From assembly GCA_963749075.1 (NCBI GenBank), contig CAVVLJ010000016.1, positions 1,216,001-1,280,000 of the forward strand: DNA of 64,000 bases, written 5' to 3'. The notes beneath the pieces are model-generated. The model was not told the origin of the DNA. It searched no databases and was given only the letters and a program-made list of their open reading frames with translations. Origin of the DNA: an uncultured Pseudomonadota bacterium. Lineage in GTDB: Bacteria; Pseudomonadota; Alphaproteobacteria; JACZXZ01. Position 1 is the stretch's first letter. Each line of letters opens with the position of its first letter. Made by a program: the position numbers and the translations under genes. This document shows positions 10,546 through 19,350 of the stretch, piece after piece.

Positions 10546-11597
10546 CGCCGGCCAGCCCGCTCAAGGACCCGCGGCGCTATTTCGAGGAGGTCGCGCAATC
10601 GCGCGGCGCCATCGCCGAGGCGCCGCCGGTCTGCCTCTATCTCGAGACCACCAATCGCTGCAACCTCCTCTGCGAGACCTGCCCGCGCACCTTCGAGACG
10701 CTCGAGCCGCCCCAGGACATGAGCTGGGAGCTCTTCACCTCGATCGTCGACCAGTTCCCCGACATCGCCCGCGTGGTGCTGCACGGAGTCGGCGAGCCGA
10801 TGATGGTGCGCGAGCTGCCGCGCATGATCCGCTATCTCAAGGAGCGCGGCACCTACGTGCTGTTCAACACCAACGGCACGCTGCTGACCGCGCGCAAGCG
10901 CCAGGACCTCGTCGATACCGGCCTGGACGAGCTGCGCGTCTCGCTCGACGCCGCCGACGCGAAGGCCTTCCGCGCGGTGCGCGGGCGCGACTTCTTCGAC
11001 CGCATCGTGCGCAACGTGCGGGACTTCACCGCCTTCCAGCGGCGCACCGGCGCCGCCACGCCGCGCGTCTCGCTCTGGCTCACGGGCCTCAAGGAGACGG
11101 TGGCCCAGCTTCCGGCCTTCGTGCGCCTGGCAAGCGAGATCGGCGTGCGCGAGGTCCATCTGCAGCGCCTGGTCTTCATGGCCGGCGGAGCCGGTCTCGC
11201 GCGGCCCGAGTCCTCGCTCTTCGAACGCACCGCGCGCGAGGAGGAGGCCGCCATCCGCGAGGCGCAGGAGATCGCCGCCGCACTTGGCGTGACGCTCGAC
11301 GCATCCGGGGCGACCGAGCCGGGCCTCAGCCTCAAGCGCCAGGAGGAGGACCGCCCCTGGTCCACCTGCCGGCGCCCCTGGTCGCTCATGTATTTCACCG
11401 CGCACGGCCGGGCGCTCCCCTGCTGCATCGCACCCTTCTCGGCGCGCGGCTACGAGAGCTACACGCTCGGCGACGCCACCCAGGAGAGCCTGCGCGAGAT
11501 GTGGAACGGCCCGGCCTATCAGGCGTTCCGCACGGCGCTCCTGAGCGACGCACCGCCCAAGCCGTGCGAGAATTGCGGCCTGCGCTGGAGCCTCTAG
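10542..11597 (+). CDS. Radical SAM protein with C-terminal SPASM/twitch-like domain
   Basis: CNLLCETC (CxxxCxxC), GVGEP, NTNG, SLDA; C-terminal CRRPW..PCC..CENC; SD GGAGG, ATGA overlap. Confidence 0.92.
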   Translation: MTPASPLKDPRRYFEEVAQSRGAIAEAPPVCLYLETTNRCNLLCETCPRTFETLEPPQDMSWELFTSIVDQFPDIARVVLHGVGEPMMVRELPRMIRYLKERGTYVLFNTNGTLLTARKRQDLVDTGLDELRVSLDAADAKAFRAVRGRDFFDRIVRNVRDFTAFQRRTGAATPRVSLWLTGLKETVAQLPAFVRLASEIGVREVHLQRLVFMAGGAGLARPESSLFERTAREEEAAIREAQEIAAALGVTLDASGATEPGLSLKRQEEDRPWSTCRRPWSLMYFTAHGRALPCCIAPFSARGYESYTLGDATQESLREMWNGPAYQAFRTALLSDAPPKPCENCGLRWSL

Positions 11598-11601
11598 TCC
11601 G

Positions 11602-12348
11602 ATGGCGGCGGTCCGCCCCAGCGCGCCCGAGTCCGCGGTCGCCGTCGTCATCCCGACCTTGAACGAGGCGGGTGCCATCGCCCGCGTCATCGCCGAGATC
11701 CCCCGGCCGCTCGCGCGCGAGATCATCGTCGCCGACAGCGGGAGTACGGACGGCACCGCCGAGACGGCGCGTGCCGCAGGGGCGCGCGTCGTCTCCATGG
11801 CCGAGCGCGGCTACGGCCGCGCCTGCGCCGCGGGCGCCGCGGCCGCAGCGCCCGAATGCGCCATCATCGTCTTTCTCGACGGCGACGGCAGCGACCGCGC
11901 CGATCTGATGCCGGAGCTGGTGGCGCCCATCCAGGCGGGCACCCACGATTTCGTCATCGCCTCGCGGGCACGGGGGAAGCGCGAGCCGGGTGCCATGAGC
12001 TGGCATCAGCTCCTCGCCGGCTACCTCGCCGGCATCGTCACATGGGCACTCTACGGCGTGCGCTACAGCGACATGTGCGCCTTCCGCGCCATCCGCCGCG
12101 AGGAGCTCGAGCGTCTCGCCTTGCGCGAGAAGACCTATGGCTGGAACATCGAGATGCAGATGCAGGCGGCGCGCGCGGGCCTGCGCATCCTCGAGGTCCC
12201 GGTGCCGTACCGGCGGCGCCTGGCCGGAACCTCGAAGGTCGCGGGCTCGCTCCGCGGCACCATCCACGCGGCATCGCGCATCATCGCGACCTGCGCCCGA
12301 GTCGCAAGCTCGCCCGCGCCGCGGCGAGCGGAGCCGGCTCCCGATTGA
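11602..12348 (+). CDS. GT2 glycosyltransferase (Dpm1/Ppm1-like)
   Basis: IPTLNEA, DSGSTDGT, RGYGRAC, FLDGDGSD, YGWNIEMQ, YRRRLAGTSKV. Confidence 0.9.
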   Translation: MAAVRPSAPESAVAVVIPTLNEAGAIARVIAEIPRPLAREIIVADSGSTDGTAETARAAGARVVSMAERGYGRACAAGAAAAAPECAIIVFLDGDGSDRADLMPELVAPIQAGTHDFVIASRARGKREPGAMSWHQLLAGYLAGIVTWALYGVRYSDMCAFRAIRREELERLALREKTYGWNIEMQMQAARAGLRILEVPVPYRRRLAGTSKVAGSLRGTIHAASRIIATCARVASSPAPRRAEPAPD

Positions 12349-12462
12349 GGGTGGTTTTCGTAAGCTCTCCCGAGGGCTATCCTCTCCGCCAGGCGCGCGC
12401 ATCGGCCGTCCAGCGGGGAAGCCTTGGGCCATGGCACTGTCGTCGTCGCGAGGGTCTGGGGC

Positions 12463-13749
12463 ATGAAGATCGGCGTGCTCGGCGGCGGGCTCACGGGCCT
12501 CGTCGTAGCTAGCCGGTGCCGCCATGACTGCGAGGTCCTCGAGCTCGACGATGCGCCCGGCGGCCATTGCCGCAGCCTCGTCGAGGAGGGCTACACCTTC
12601 GATCAGGGCGGCCCGCACATCCTCTTCTCGAGCAACAAGGAGATCGTGGCGCTGCTCCACGCGCAGCTCGGCGACAACCTCGCCCGGCGACGGCGCAACA
12701 ACCGCATCTGGTACGACGGCCGCACCGTCAAATATCCCTTCGAGAACGGCCTCTACGACCTCAAGCCGCAGGACCGCTTCGAATGCCTCTACCATTACCT
12801 CCACAACGACTATCCCAAGCCGGGCAATTTCAAGGAGTGGATCTACCACGTCTTCGGCAAGGGCATCGCCGAGAAGTACATGCTCCCCTACAACGAGAAG
12901 ATCTGGAACCTGCCGGCCGAGAAGATGGCCTTCGACTGGGTCGAAGGCCGCGTGCCGCGCCCGCCCGTCGAGGACGTGATCAAGTCCGCGGTCGGCGTCG
13001 AGACCGAGGGCTACACCCACCAGCTCTACTTCGACTATCCCAGGCACGGCGGCATCGAGGCGCTGCCGCGCTCCTTTGCCCGCGAATGCCGCGCCATCGC
13101 GCTCAACTTCCGGGTGGAGAAGGTGTGGCGCGAAGCCGGCCGCTGGCACGTCGCCGACGGGACCAACGTCAAGCGCTACGACCGCATCGTCTCCACCATC
13201 CCCATCGAAGATCTGCTCGCGGGCCTCCCCGACGTGCCGCCTGCGATCCTCGAGGGCGTGCGGGGCTTGCGCTACAATTCGCTCATCGTGGTGATGCTCG
13301 GCGCCGAATGCGCGGCGCCGCCGCCCTTTACCGCGCTCTACGTGCCCGACCCCGCCTTCCCCTTCCATCGCCTGTCGTTCCCGCTCAATTTCACCGACGA
13401 GGGCGCCCCTCCGGGACACGTGGCGGTGGCGGCCGAGATCACCAGCAATCCAGGGGACGGTTTCCACGAGCTCGGCGACGAGGAGATCTCCCGGCGCGTC
13501 ATAGGCGGCATCGAGAGGATGGAGCTCTTGGCGCCCGGCAGCATCCGCTTCTGCCGCGTGCACCGTACCAAGCACGCCTACGTGGTGCGCACCTTCGATT
13601 ACCGCGAGAAGCTGAGCGCTGCGCTGGCCTATCTCAACGGTCTCGGCATCGTGAGCGTCGGCCGTAATGCCGAGTTCGAATACATCAACATGGACGAGGC
13701 GGCGCGGCGCGCCTTGGCCGCCGCAGCCCTGCTCGACGGCGAGCGCTGA
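12463..13749 (+). CDS. FAD-dependent oxidoreductase, UDP-galactopyranose mutase-like/PPO-like
   Basis: GGGLTG FAD motif, FDQGGPHILFS, YNEKIW, WVEGRV, YPRHGG, GRNAEFEYINMD. Confidence 0.8.
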   Translation: MKIGVLGGGLTGLVVASRCRHDCEVLELDDAPGGHCRSLVEEGYTFDQGGPHILFSSNKEIVALLHAQLGDNLARRRRNNRIWYDGRTVKYPFENGLYDLKPQDRFECLYHYLHNDYPKPGNFKEWIYHVFGKGIAEKYMLPYNEKIWNLPAEKMAFDWVEGRVPRPPVEDVIKSAVGVETEGYTHQLYFDYPRHGGIEALPRSFARECRAIALNFRVEKVWREAGRWHVADGTNVKRYDRIVSTIPIEDLLAGLPDVPPAILEGVRGLRYNSLIVVMLGAECAAPPPFTALYVPDPAFPFHRLSFPLNFTDEGAPPGHVAVAAEITSNPGDGFHELGDEEISRRVIGGIERMELLAPGSIRFCRVHRTKHAYVVRTFDYREKLSAALAYLNGLGIVSVGRNAEFEYINMDEAARRALAAAALLDGER

Positions 13750-13762
13750 GCATCCGCCGGCC

Positions 13763-15238
13763 TCAGCCCGCTGGCGTGCCGCCCGCGAAGCGCACTCGAA
13801 AGATCGCGTAGCTCCCGCCCGCACCGGCGAAGCGTGCCGCCTCGCGCAGCTGCACGCCCTCTGCGTCGAGACGCCGGATCATGGCGGCGTCGATGCGGTG
13901 GTCCTGAGCACCCGCATCGCAGACGAGATAGAGCGCCCCGCCCTTGGGCGCCGCCTTGAGCCAAGCCGCGAGATCGTCGCTCGACGGCTCCGCATCCGCC
14001 GGGTAGTTCCAGACGACGAAGCTCTCGTAGCGCTGCGCCTGGAGATTGTAGACCGGCCGCTCGAGATAGGCCGCGGCCTCGATCCCCATCCATCCCGGGT
14101 AGGCCGCCACCACCGCATCGGCACCGCCATGGTCGCGCAGCCAGGCGGCAGCCTCGCGCCCCGGCGAGGGAGCGGGCGGCAGCGCGGCGTAGATCGACCA
14201 GGCGCCGGCCGCTGCCGCGACGATAAGCCAGAGGCGGAAGACAAGGCTCGGCGGCCGCCGGGGATTGTCCTCGCGGTCCATCCAATGCAGCCCGACGAGC
14301 GCCACGAAGACGAGCCCATAATGCCGGTCGTAGCCGGAGTAGAGGGCGGCGCCGATGAGAAAGAGCGCCGCCGCGACCGCTCCGTAGACGGCGCACAGGA
14401 GCGCCGTGCGGCGGAGCGAGGCGAGGCCCAGGGCGAGGGCGGCCACGCCGAGGGCGAGCGGGCCGAGGGCGCCGCAGTCCGTGCAGACGCGGCTCCAGGC
14501 GAAACCCCCGGGCGGCGTCCAATTGACCGGCACGAAGGCGCCCGAAAGGCGCGCGAGTGCGACCAAGGCGCGCGCGGCGGCACCCCCCGGCTGCACCGCC
14601 ACGATGGTATCGGGTGCGGGAAATGCGGTGACGATGGCCAAGGCGGCGAGGACCAGGCAAAGGGCGATGCCGGGTAGCGAGCGCGGCCCGCGATAGAGCA
14701 TGAGGCAGCCGAAGATGCCGCCCAAGGCCAGGAAGTGGATGCCGACGTTGGCCATCAGCCCGAGCGCCAGCCACGACCAGGCCGAGCGCCGCAAGGCGAC
14801 AAAGGCGAAGAAGAGCACGACGCCGAGCCCATAGCCGGGCGCCACGATCGCGTAGTCGAAGGCGAGGTGATAGCTGAGGGAGAGCAGCAGCTTCTCGAGC
14901 CAGCCGAAGGGCGAGGCGAGCCAGACCAGGCCGAGGCTCGCAATTGCGATGGCGGCCTGGAGCACCCTCACCACGACGGGATCGTCATATAGGCGATCGG
15001 CAACGAGGAGCAGCAGGTGCCAGAGGCCCGGGTGCCCCTCGTGGCCGAGATTGTGATAGAGGCCGACGAGGCCGCTAGAGCCGCGGGCTATGAGGAAGGC
15101 CTGGAGCTCATGGCGCGACGGGTCGTGGCTGAAGGCGAAATACCCTTCCGCTACGGCAAGCAGCAAAAAGGCGGCCCAGCGGGAAGCCGATTGCGAAGCG
15201 AGCACACCGGCTCGGGGTCCGCCTGATGCGCCAGTCAT
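13763..15238 (-). CDS. Polytopic membrane protein, probable GT-C-type glycosyltransferase
   Basis: About 10-11 hydrophobic segments, first-loop HELQAFLIAR..EGHPGLW, C-terminal soluble domain. Confidence 0.6.
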   Translation of the reverse strand: MTGASGGPRAGVLASQSASRWAAFLLLAVAEGYFAFSHDPSRHELQAFLIARGSSGLVGLYHNLGHEGHPGLWHLLLLVADRLYDDPVVVRVLQAAIAIASLGLVWLASPFGWLEKLLLSLSYHLAFDYAIVAPGYGLGVVLFFAFVALRRSAWSWLALGLMANVGIHFLALGGIFGCLMLYRGPRSLPGIALCLVLAALAIVTAFPAPDTIVAVQPGGAAARALVALARLSGAFVPVNWTPPGGFAWSRVCTDCGALGPLALGVAALALGLASLRRTALLCAVYGAVAAALFLIGAALYSGYDRHYGLVFVALVGLHWMDREDNPRRPPSLVFRLWLIVAAAAGAWSIYAALPPAPSPGREAAAWLRDHGGADAVVAAYPGWMGIEAAAYLERPVYNLQAQRYESFVVWNYPADAEPSSDDLAAWLKAAPKGGALYLVCDAGAQDHRIDAAMIRRLDAEGVQLREAARFAGAGGSYAIFRVRFAGGTPAG

Positions 15239-15430
15239 GCGCCGCAAGGTAGCGCTCTCGGCACCGTCCGCTCAACCGGAATCGAGGTGCGGCGGTGCCG
15301 CGACCGGCGGCACGCGCGGGCGCGGTTATTCGCGCTTGAAAATGGCTCGTAGTTGAAGAATACTGCCCGCGCGCAACTTTGCTTGCAAGAGCGTGGAAGA
15401 TTGTGCGACGAGGCTGATGGGAGGAGCGAG

Positions 15431-15931
15431 ATGCGTGGAGCGCGACGGACGCATGAACGTGACGGAGCAAAAACCAGGGAAGGTGCGGCAAATATCTATC
15501 CGATCGATGCGCGGGTCGGCGCGCGCGTGCGCAAGCGCCGCGTCGAGCTCGGCATGACCCAGCAGGCGCTCGGCGGGGCGGTCAATCTGAGCTACCAGCA
15601 GATACAGAAGTACGAGCGCGGCACAAATCGCATTACCGCGGGCCTGCTCTGGGTCTTGAGCGAGGTGCTCGAGGTCGATGTGGCCTATTTTTACGCCGCC
15701 GTCGACGGCGCCCTGGTCAAGGCCAGCGCCGATATCCTGGCGCCGCGGCAGAGCGTGCGTGGGACGCCGTCGGACCGCGAGACCTTGGAGCTCATCAAGG
15801 GCTATCGCGCGGTGCGGGATCCGAAGATCCGGCGCTCCATCCGAAACACCATCTCCACATTCGCCAAGCTCGAGCGCAACGGCGCTCAGCGCAACCGGCA
15901 GCCAGCCAAGGGCCGGCCGGCCGGCGCTTGA
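15431..15931 (+). CDS. XRE-family HTH regulator (PraR-like)
   Basis: PIDARVGARVRKRR..GMTQQALG..LSYQQIQKYERGTNRI; SD GAGGAG. Confidence 0.9.
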   Translation: MRGARRTHERDGAKTREGAANIYPIDARVGARVRKRRVELGMTQQALGGAVNLSYQQIQKYERGTNRITAGLLWVLSEVLEVDVAYFYAAVDGALVKASADILAPRQSVRGTPSDRETLELIKGYRAVRDPKIRRSIRNTISTFAKLERNGAQRNRQPAKGRPAGA

Positions 15932-15946
15932 CGCCCAGGGCGCCCC

Positions 15947-16897
15947 TCAGGGGCCGGGGAGGCCCGCCGTTTTCCTGACGCTCCGCATCGGAGCCGAGGT
16001 CGTCAGGAAGAGGCCGATGAAAATTACCGCTACGCCGGCGAGCGTGTCGATGTCGAAGCGCTCGCCGAAGAGGAGCGCTCCGAGGCCCATCGACACCGCG
16101 ATCACCACATAGCCGAGCTGGCTGAAGGTGACGGGGCCGGTCAGGCGCTGCAGCGTGAACGACATGACGAAGCCGGCGGCGGAGAGGACGCCGGCGGCGA
16201 ACGGGATCCAGTGGGAGGCGCCCGGAGCCGGGACGGCGCCGAAGACCAGCATCGCGGGTGCTATCCATATTGCCGCCGCGATCAGCATGCCGCCCGCCAG
16301 CATCTCGGGCGGCGCGTCATGCGGCCAGTCGAGCGTGCGGTAGATATTGGCGACCGCCACCGTGATCGGTGCCGCGAGGACCACGAGCGTCCAGCGGAAA
16401 AGCTCCGGCGTGAGCGCCATCCCCTGCGGGCTCACCAGGAGGGCGGTGCCGAAGGCGCCCATCGCCAGGCCCGTGATGCGCAAGGCATGGGGACGCTCCA
16501 TGCGCAGGACGAGGGCCAGGAGATAGGTGAGGAGCGAGGGCAGCGCATAGGCGATCGAGGCGTGGCCGGCGCCGATATGCGGCACGCTCAGAAAGAGGAG
16601 CGTATTGGGCAACCCGATGGAGCACAGGCCCGTCACCAGATAGTAGCGGAAGTGATGGAGCGTGAGGCCCGGCCGCACCCCGCGGCAGAGTCCGAAGAGC
16701 ACGATGATGGTGCCGCCGATGAGGACCTGCCAGAAGCTGAAGGCGACCGCGGGAATGCCCTTGGCCGCGGCCGCCCTGCTCAGCACCACGGTGACGCCGA
16801 GGAGGGTCCCGGTGCCGACGAGCAGCCCCATCGCCGATGCGACGTTGGCGCCGATCGGCTGGCCGCAGGAGGATGACCCGCATGGCTTCGTTGACAC
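15947..16897 (-). CDS. DMT/EamA-family transporter
   Basis: About 10 TM helices in two repeats, GAGHASI, GPVTFSQLGY, LFGER. Confidence 0.88.
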   Translation of the reverse strand: MSTKPCGSSSCGQPIGANVASAMGLLVGTGTLLGVTVVLSRAAAAKGIPAVAFSFWQVLIGGTIIVLFGLCRGVRPGLTLHHFRYYLVTGLCSIGLPNTLLFLSVPHIGAGHASIAYALPSLLTYLLALVLRMERPHALRITGLAMGAFGTALLVSPQGMALTPELFRWTLVVLAAPITVAVANIYRTLDWPHDAPPEMLAGGMLIAAAIWIAPAMLVFGAVPAPGASHWIPFAAGVLSAAGFVMSFTLQRLTGPVTFSQLGYVVIAVSMGLGALLFGERFDIDTLAGVAVIFIGLFLTTSAPMRSVRKTAGLPGP

Positions 16898-16975
16898 AGG
16901 AAGGCCTCGGACTTACGGTGCTGTCAACGGGTTAACGCCCGCAACGACCGCGCGGGCTGGAATCGACGGCATAGC

Positions 16976-17803
16976 ATGGTGGGCTCTCCCGAAGGACGCC
17001 GCTACGTCTCGACGCTCGAGATTTACAATCTGCGGATCAAGGGACGATGGACGACGGTACGGATGGAGCCGCCGATCATGGACGCGCTCCGCACCATCGC
17101 CGTTGCCGAATCGATCTCGGTCCATGAGCTGTGCTCGCGCATCGCCGCCAAGCGGACGGTCGGCAGCCTGACCTCGGCGCTGCGTCTCTACGCCGCGACC
17201 TATTTCCGCAGTCGCTGCGAGGCTGTGACGGGCGCGCTGTCGGGCTCGTCGGGCCTCGCTTCCGAAATCCTGACCTACCGCAACCTCCATCTGGAGACGG
17301 ACGAGCGCGACTACGTCGTGCGCAACCAGATGGACCTCGCCGAGGCCCACGCCGAGCATCCGGGTCTCGGCTTCCTCCTCGCCTATTGGCGGGCGCTGGG
17401 CGGCGGCCATCCGCCGCCCTCCTCGGCGATCGACCTCGAGTCGCTGGCGCGCGTCGATTTTCTCAACTGGGTTCATCTCATCGATGTCTCGGCAGCCGAT
17501 CCGGACGAGTTCCGCAGCCTGCGCCAGGCGCCCGGCACCATGATCTTCCGCCGGCCGGACAATATACCGCTGCGGGCATTCGGAAATTCCCTCTATATCC
17601 AGTCGCTCAAGGCGGACTACCAGGCGGTCAAGCGCTCGCGGCAGCCGCTCTTCCAGCGGCTTTCGGTCAAATCGCCGGAAGGCTCGATCCGCTATCTGCG
17701 CCTAATCTTGCCATGGGCACGGCGAGATGGAGAGATCGAGCGACTGGTCGTGGGGGTCTACCCGATAACGCCGCGAGCTCGGCATGCGACATCCACAGCA
17801 TAG
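16976..17803 (+). CDS. Ribbon-helix-helix (RHH_4-like) plus PAS_5-like fusion, putative one-component regulator
   Basis: N-term NLRIKGRWTTVRMEP..DALRTIA..SLTSALRLY; C-term LLAYWRAL..IDL..VHLIDV..Y.AV..SRQP..RYLRLILP..LVVG. Confidence 0.8.
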   Translation: MVGSPEGRRYVSTLEIYNLRIKGRWTTVRMEPPIMDALRTIAVAESISVHELCSRIAAKRTVGSLTSALRLYAATYFRSRCEAVTGALSGSSGLASEILTYRNLHLETDERDYVVRNQMDLAEAHAEHPGLGFLLAYWRALGGGHPPPSSAIDLESLARVDFLNWVHLIDVSAADPDEFRSLRQAPGTMIFRRPDNIPLRAFGNSLYIQSLKADYQAVKRSRQPLFQRLSVKSPEGSIRYLRLILPWARRDGEIERLVVGVYPITPRARHATSTA

Positions 17804-18437
17804 TCATGCGCTCCATGTGCCCGACATAGGGGAAATACGCCTCGAAGATTTTCTCCGCATGCGGGTAGCCGTAGAGCTCGTGCATGATGCGCGGCGAGGA
17901 GACGCGCTGCTCGACCAGCGTCACCGACCAGTCGGGCGCGAGGTTGCGCAAGGTGAAATCGTGGGTGAGACGGGTGAAGGCGGCCACCAGCCGCATGCCG
18001 CGCGCGGTGAGCACCCGGCGCCAACTGGGCACGATGTAGAGGCCGGAAAGCTGCACCACCGTGCCGGAAATGTGCGGCGGGTCGTCGCACAGCATGCGCG
18101 CATCGGCGAACTCCGAGGGGCCGTCGCCGAACCACAGCCGGTGGCTGCGAATGAGGTCGACGTAGTCATCCGTGTCGATGACGCGCAGCACCTGCGTCGC
18201 CACGGTGGAGCCGCCGCTATAAAGATGGAGCCAGAACACCTCGCCGGCGCGGAAGTCGTGGCGCGCCGGGTCCGCCGAGGCGTTCACCACCGGCCAGTCG
18301 GTTGTACAGATGAAGTCCTTCCACGCCTCCATGTCGAATTCGATGCGGAGGCCAAGACCTAAGCCCTTGATTTGACCAAGGAGGTCCTCGTCGAACAGGT
18401 AGCGACCTGTGCGTGACGTCGAGAGCACCGTATCCAT
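17667..18437 (-). CDS. Hypothetical protein, possible GNAT-fold acyltransferase (LuxI/FeeM-like)
   Basis: DP..H...GEVFWL..VATQVLRV..SGLYIVPSWR..YGY..LWMS pattern; strong SD GGGAGG 7 nt before ATG; fold assignment is inference. Confidence 0.6.
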   Translation of the reverse strand: MDTVLSTSRTGRYLFDEDLLGQIKGLGLGLRIEFDMEAWKDFICTTDWPVVNASADPARHDFRAGEVFWLHLYSGGSTVATQVLRVIDTDDYVDLIRSHRLWFGDGPSEFADARMLCDDPPHISGTVVQLSGLYIVPSWRRVLTARGMRLVAAFTRLTHDFTLRNLAPDWSVTLVEQRVSSPRIMHELYGYPHAEKIFEAYFPYVGHMERMTMLWMSHAELAALSGRPPRPVARSLHLAVPMARLGADSGSSLPAI

Positions 18438-18441
18438 GATT

Positions 18442-18467
18442 ATGCCTCCCATGAGTGTCGGAGGCAT
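18442..18467 (-). promoter_or_regulatory. 5'-UTR hairpin sequestering the SD of the 18437 gene
   Basis: Minus-strand ATGCCTCC-N10-GGAGGCAT, a perfect 8-bp stem that includes GGAGG. Confidence 0.6.
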
Positions 18468-18633
18468 TGTGATCAACAGCCGGGGGGCTAGTCCGCCGAA
18501 TAGTGCGCCGGCAGTAAGTTATTACTATTGTATAGCCGAAAATGAAGTCAAATGCGAAGGCACTAAGCGGTTGTAAAGATCGCCGCAGTCGCCAAGGTTA
18601 GGGCTGGTCCTACCAAGGCGGGGTATGCGGAGC

Positions 18634-18951
18634 ATGGCGGCGAGCGACCAGGGCGTGGGCACGAGCCTCAAGCCGTGCGCCGTGAAGGTGGGCAGCCTGC
18701 GCACCAGCATCCGGCTCGAGCCGGAGCTGTGGGAGGCGCTGCACGACATCGGCCGCCGCGAAAGTCTGACCAGATCCCAGCTTCTCGCATTCATCGCAAG
18801 CCGTCGGCGCGGGAGTTCGCTGAGCTCGGCGATCCGCGTCTTCATCTCCACATACTATTGGGAGCTCTTCAAGGCAACCGGCGAGCCCGCGCACCATATC
18901 AATCATCCGCCCGGCCTGCGCTCGGCGAAGACGAGGTGGGCCGAGTCATGA
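18634..18951 (+). CDS. Ribbon-helix-helix (RHH_4-like) protein
   Basis: VKVGSLRTSIRLEPELWEALHDIGRRE..SSLSSAIRVF. Confidence 0.85.
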   Translation: MAASDQGVGTSLKPCAVKVGSLRTSIRLEPELWEALHDIGRRESLTRSQLLAFIASRRRGSSLSSAIRVFISTYYWELFKATGEPAHHINHPPGLRSAKTRWAES

Positions 18952-19310
18952 CGACGCGCGCCGCCGCGGGCGGCAAGCCAGGGCTCGAGGCCCCTCCCGG
19001 CCGCCTGGCAAGCGGGGAGCGGCAGCATCGGCGCGAGTTGCGCGCGGCGCGCATGGGCCCGGTCAATGCCCATATCGGCCTCCGGCTCCGCGTACGGCGC
19101 ACGGGCATGGGCGTCTCCGAAGCGTCCGTGGCCGATGGTCTCAGGGTCTCTCTGCGCACCATGCGCGCGATCGAGAGCGGCCGGCGTGCGCTGACGCTCG
19201 ACGAGATCGTCAGCGCGGCAAGGATCTTGAGCGTGCCGATCGCGTATTTCTATTGCGGCCTGCAGCCGTCCTCCCGCGCCGCGGGCGGACATCGGCTCCT
19301 TCTCCACTGA
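18948..19310 (+). CDS. XRE-family HTH regulator
   Basis: PVNAHIGLRLRVRR..MRAIESGRR..LSVPIAYFY; ATGA overlap with RHH gene. Confidence 0.8.
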   Translation: MTTRAAAGGKPGLEAPPGRLASGERQHRRELRAARMGPVNAHIGLRLRVRRTGMGVSEASVADGLRVSLRTMRAIESGRRALTLDEIVSAARILSVPIAYFYCGLQPSSRAAGGHRLLLH

Positions 19311-19350
19311 GCGTCCGCCGGCGCCGGACCGGACTGCGGCGAGGCTGCGG

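Noticed and set aside
8357-12348. Calling the cluster an arsenosugar biosynthesis locus
   Set aside because: No ArsM-like methyltransferase or other ars gene in the window, and the rSAM is not recognisably ArsS; DUF2064 alone is insufficient
11395-13824. Long antisense ORFs (also 22243-24063, 27222-29462, 38790-40532, 40575-42590, 60108-62084)
   Set aside because: Shadow frames of real genes, expected at high GC; no motifs or SD
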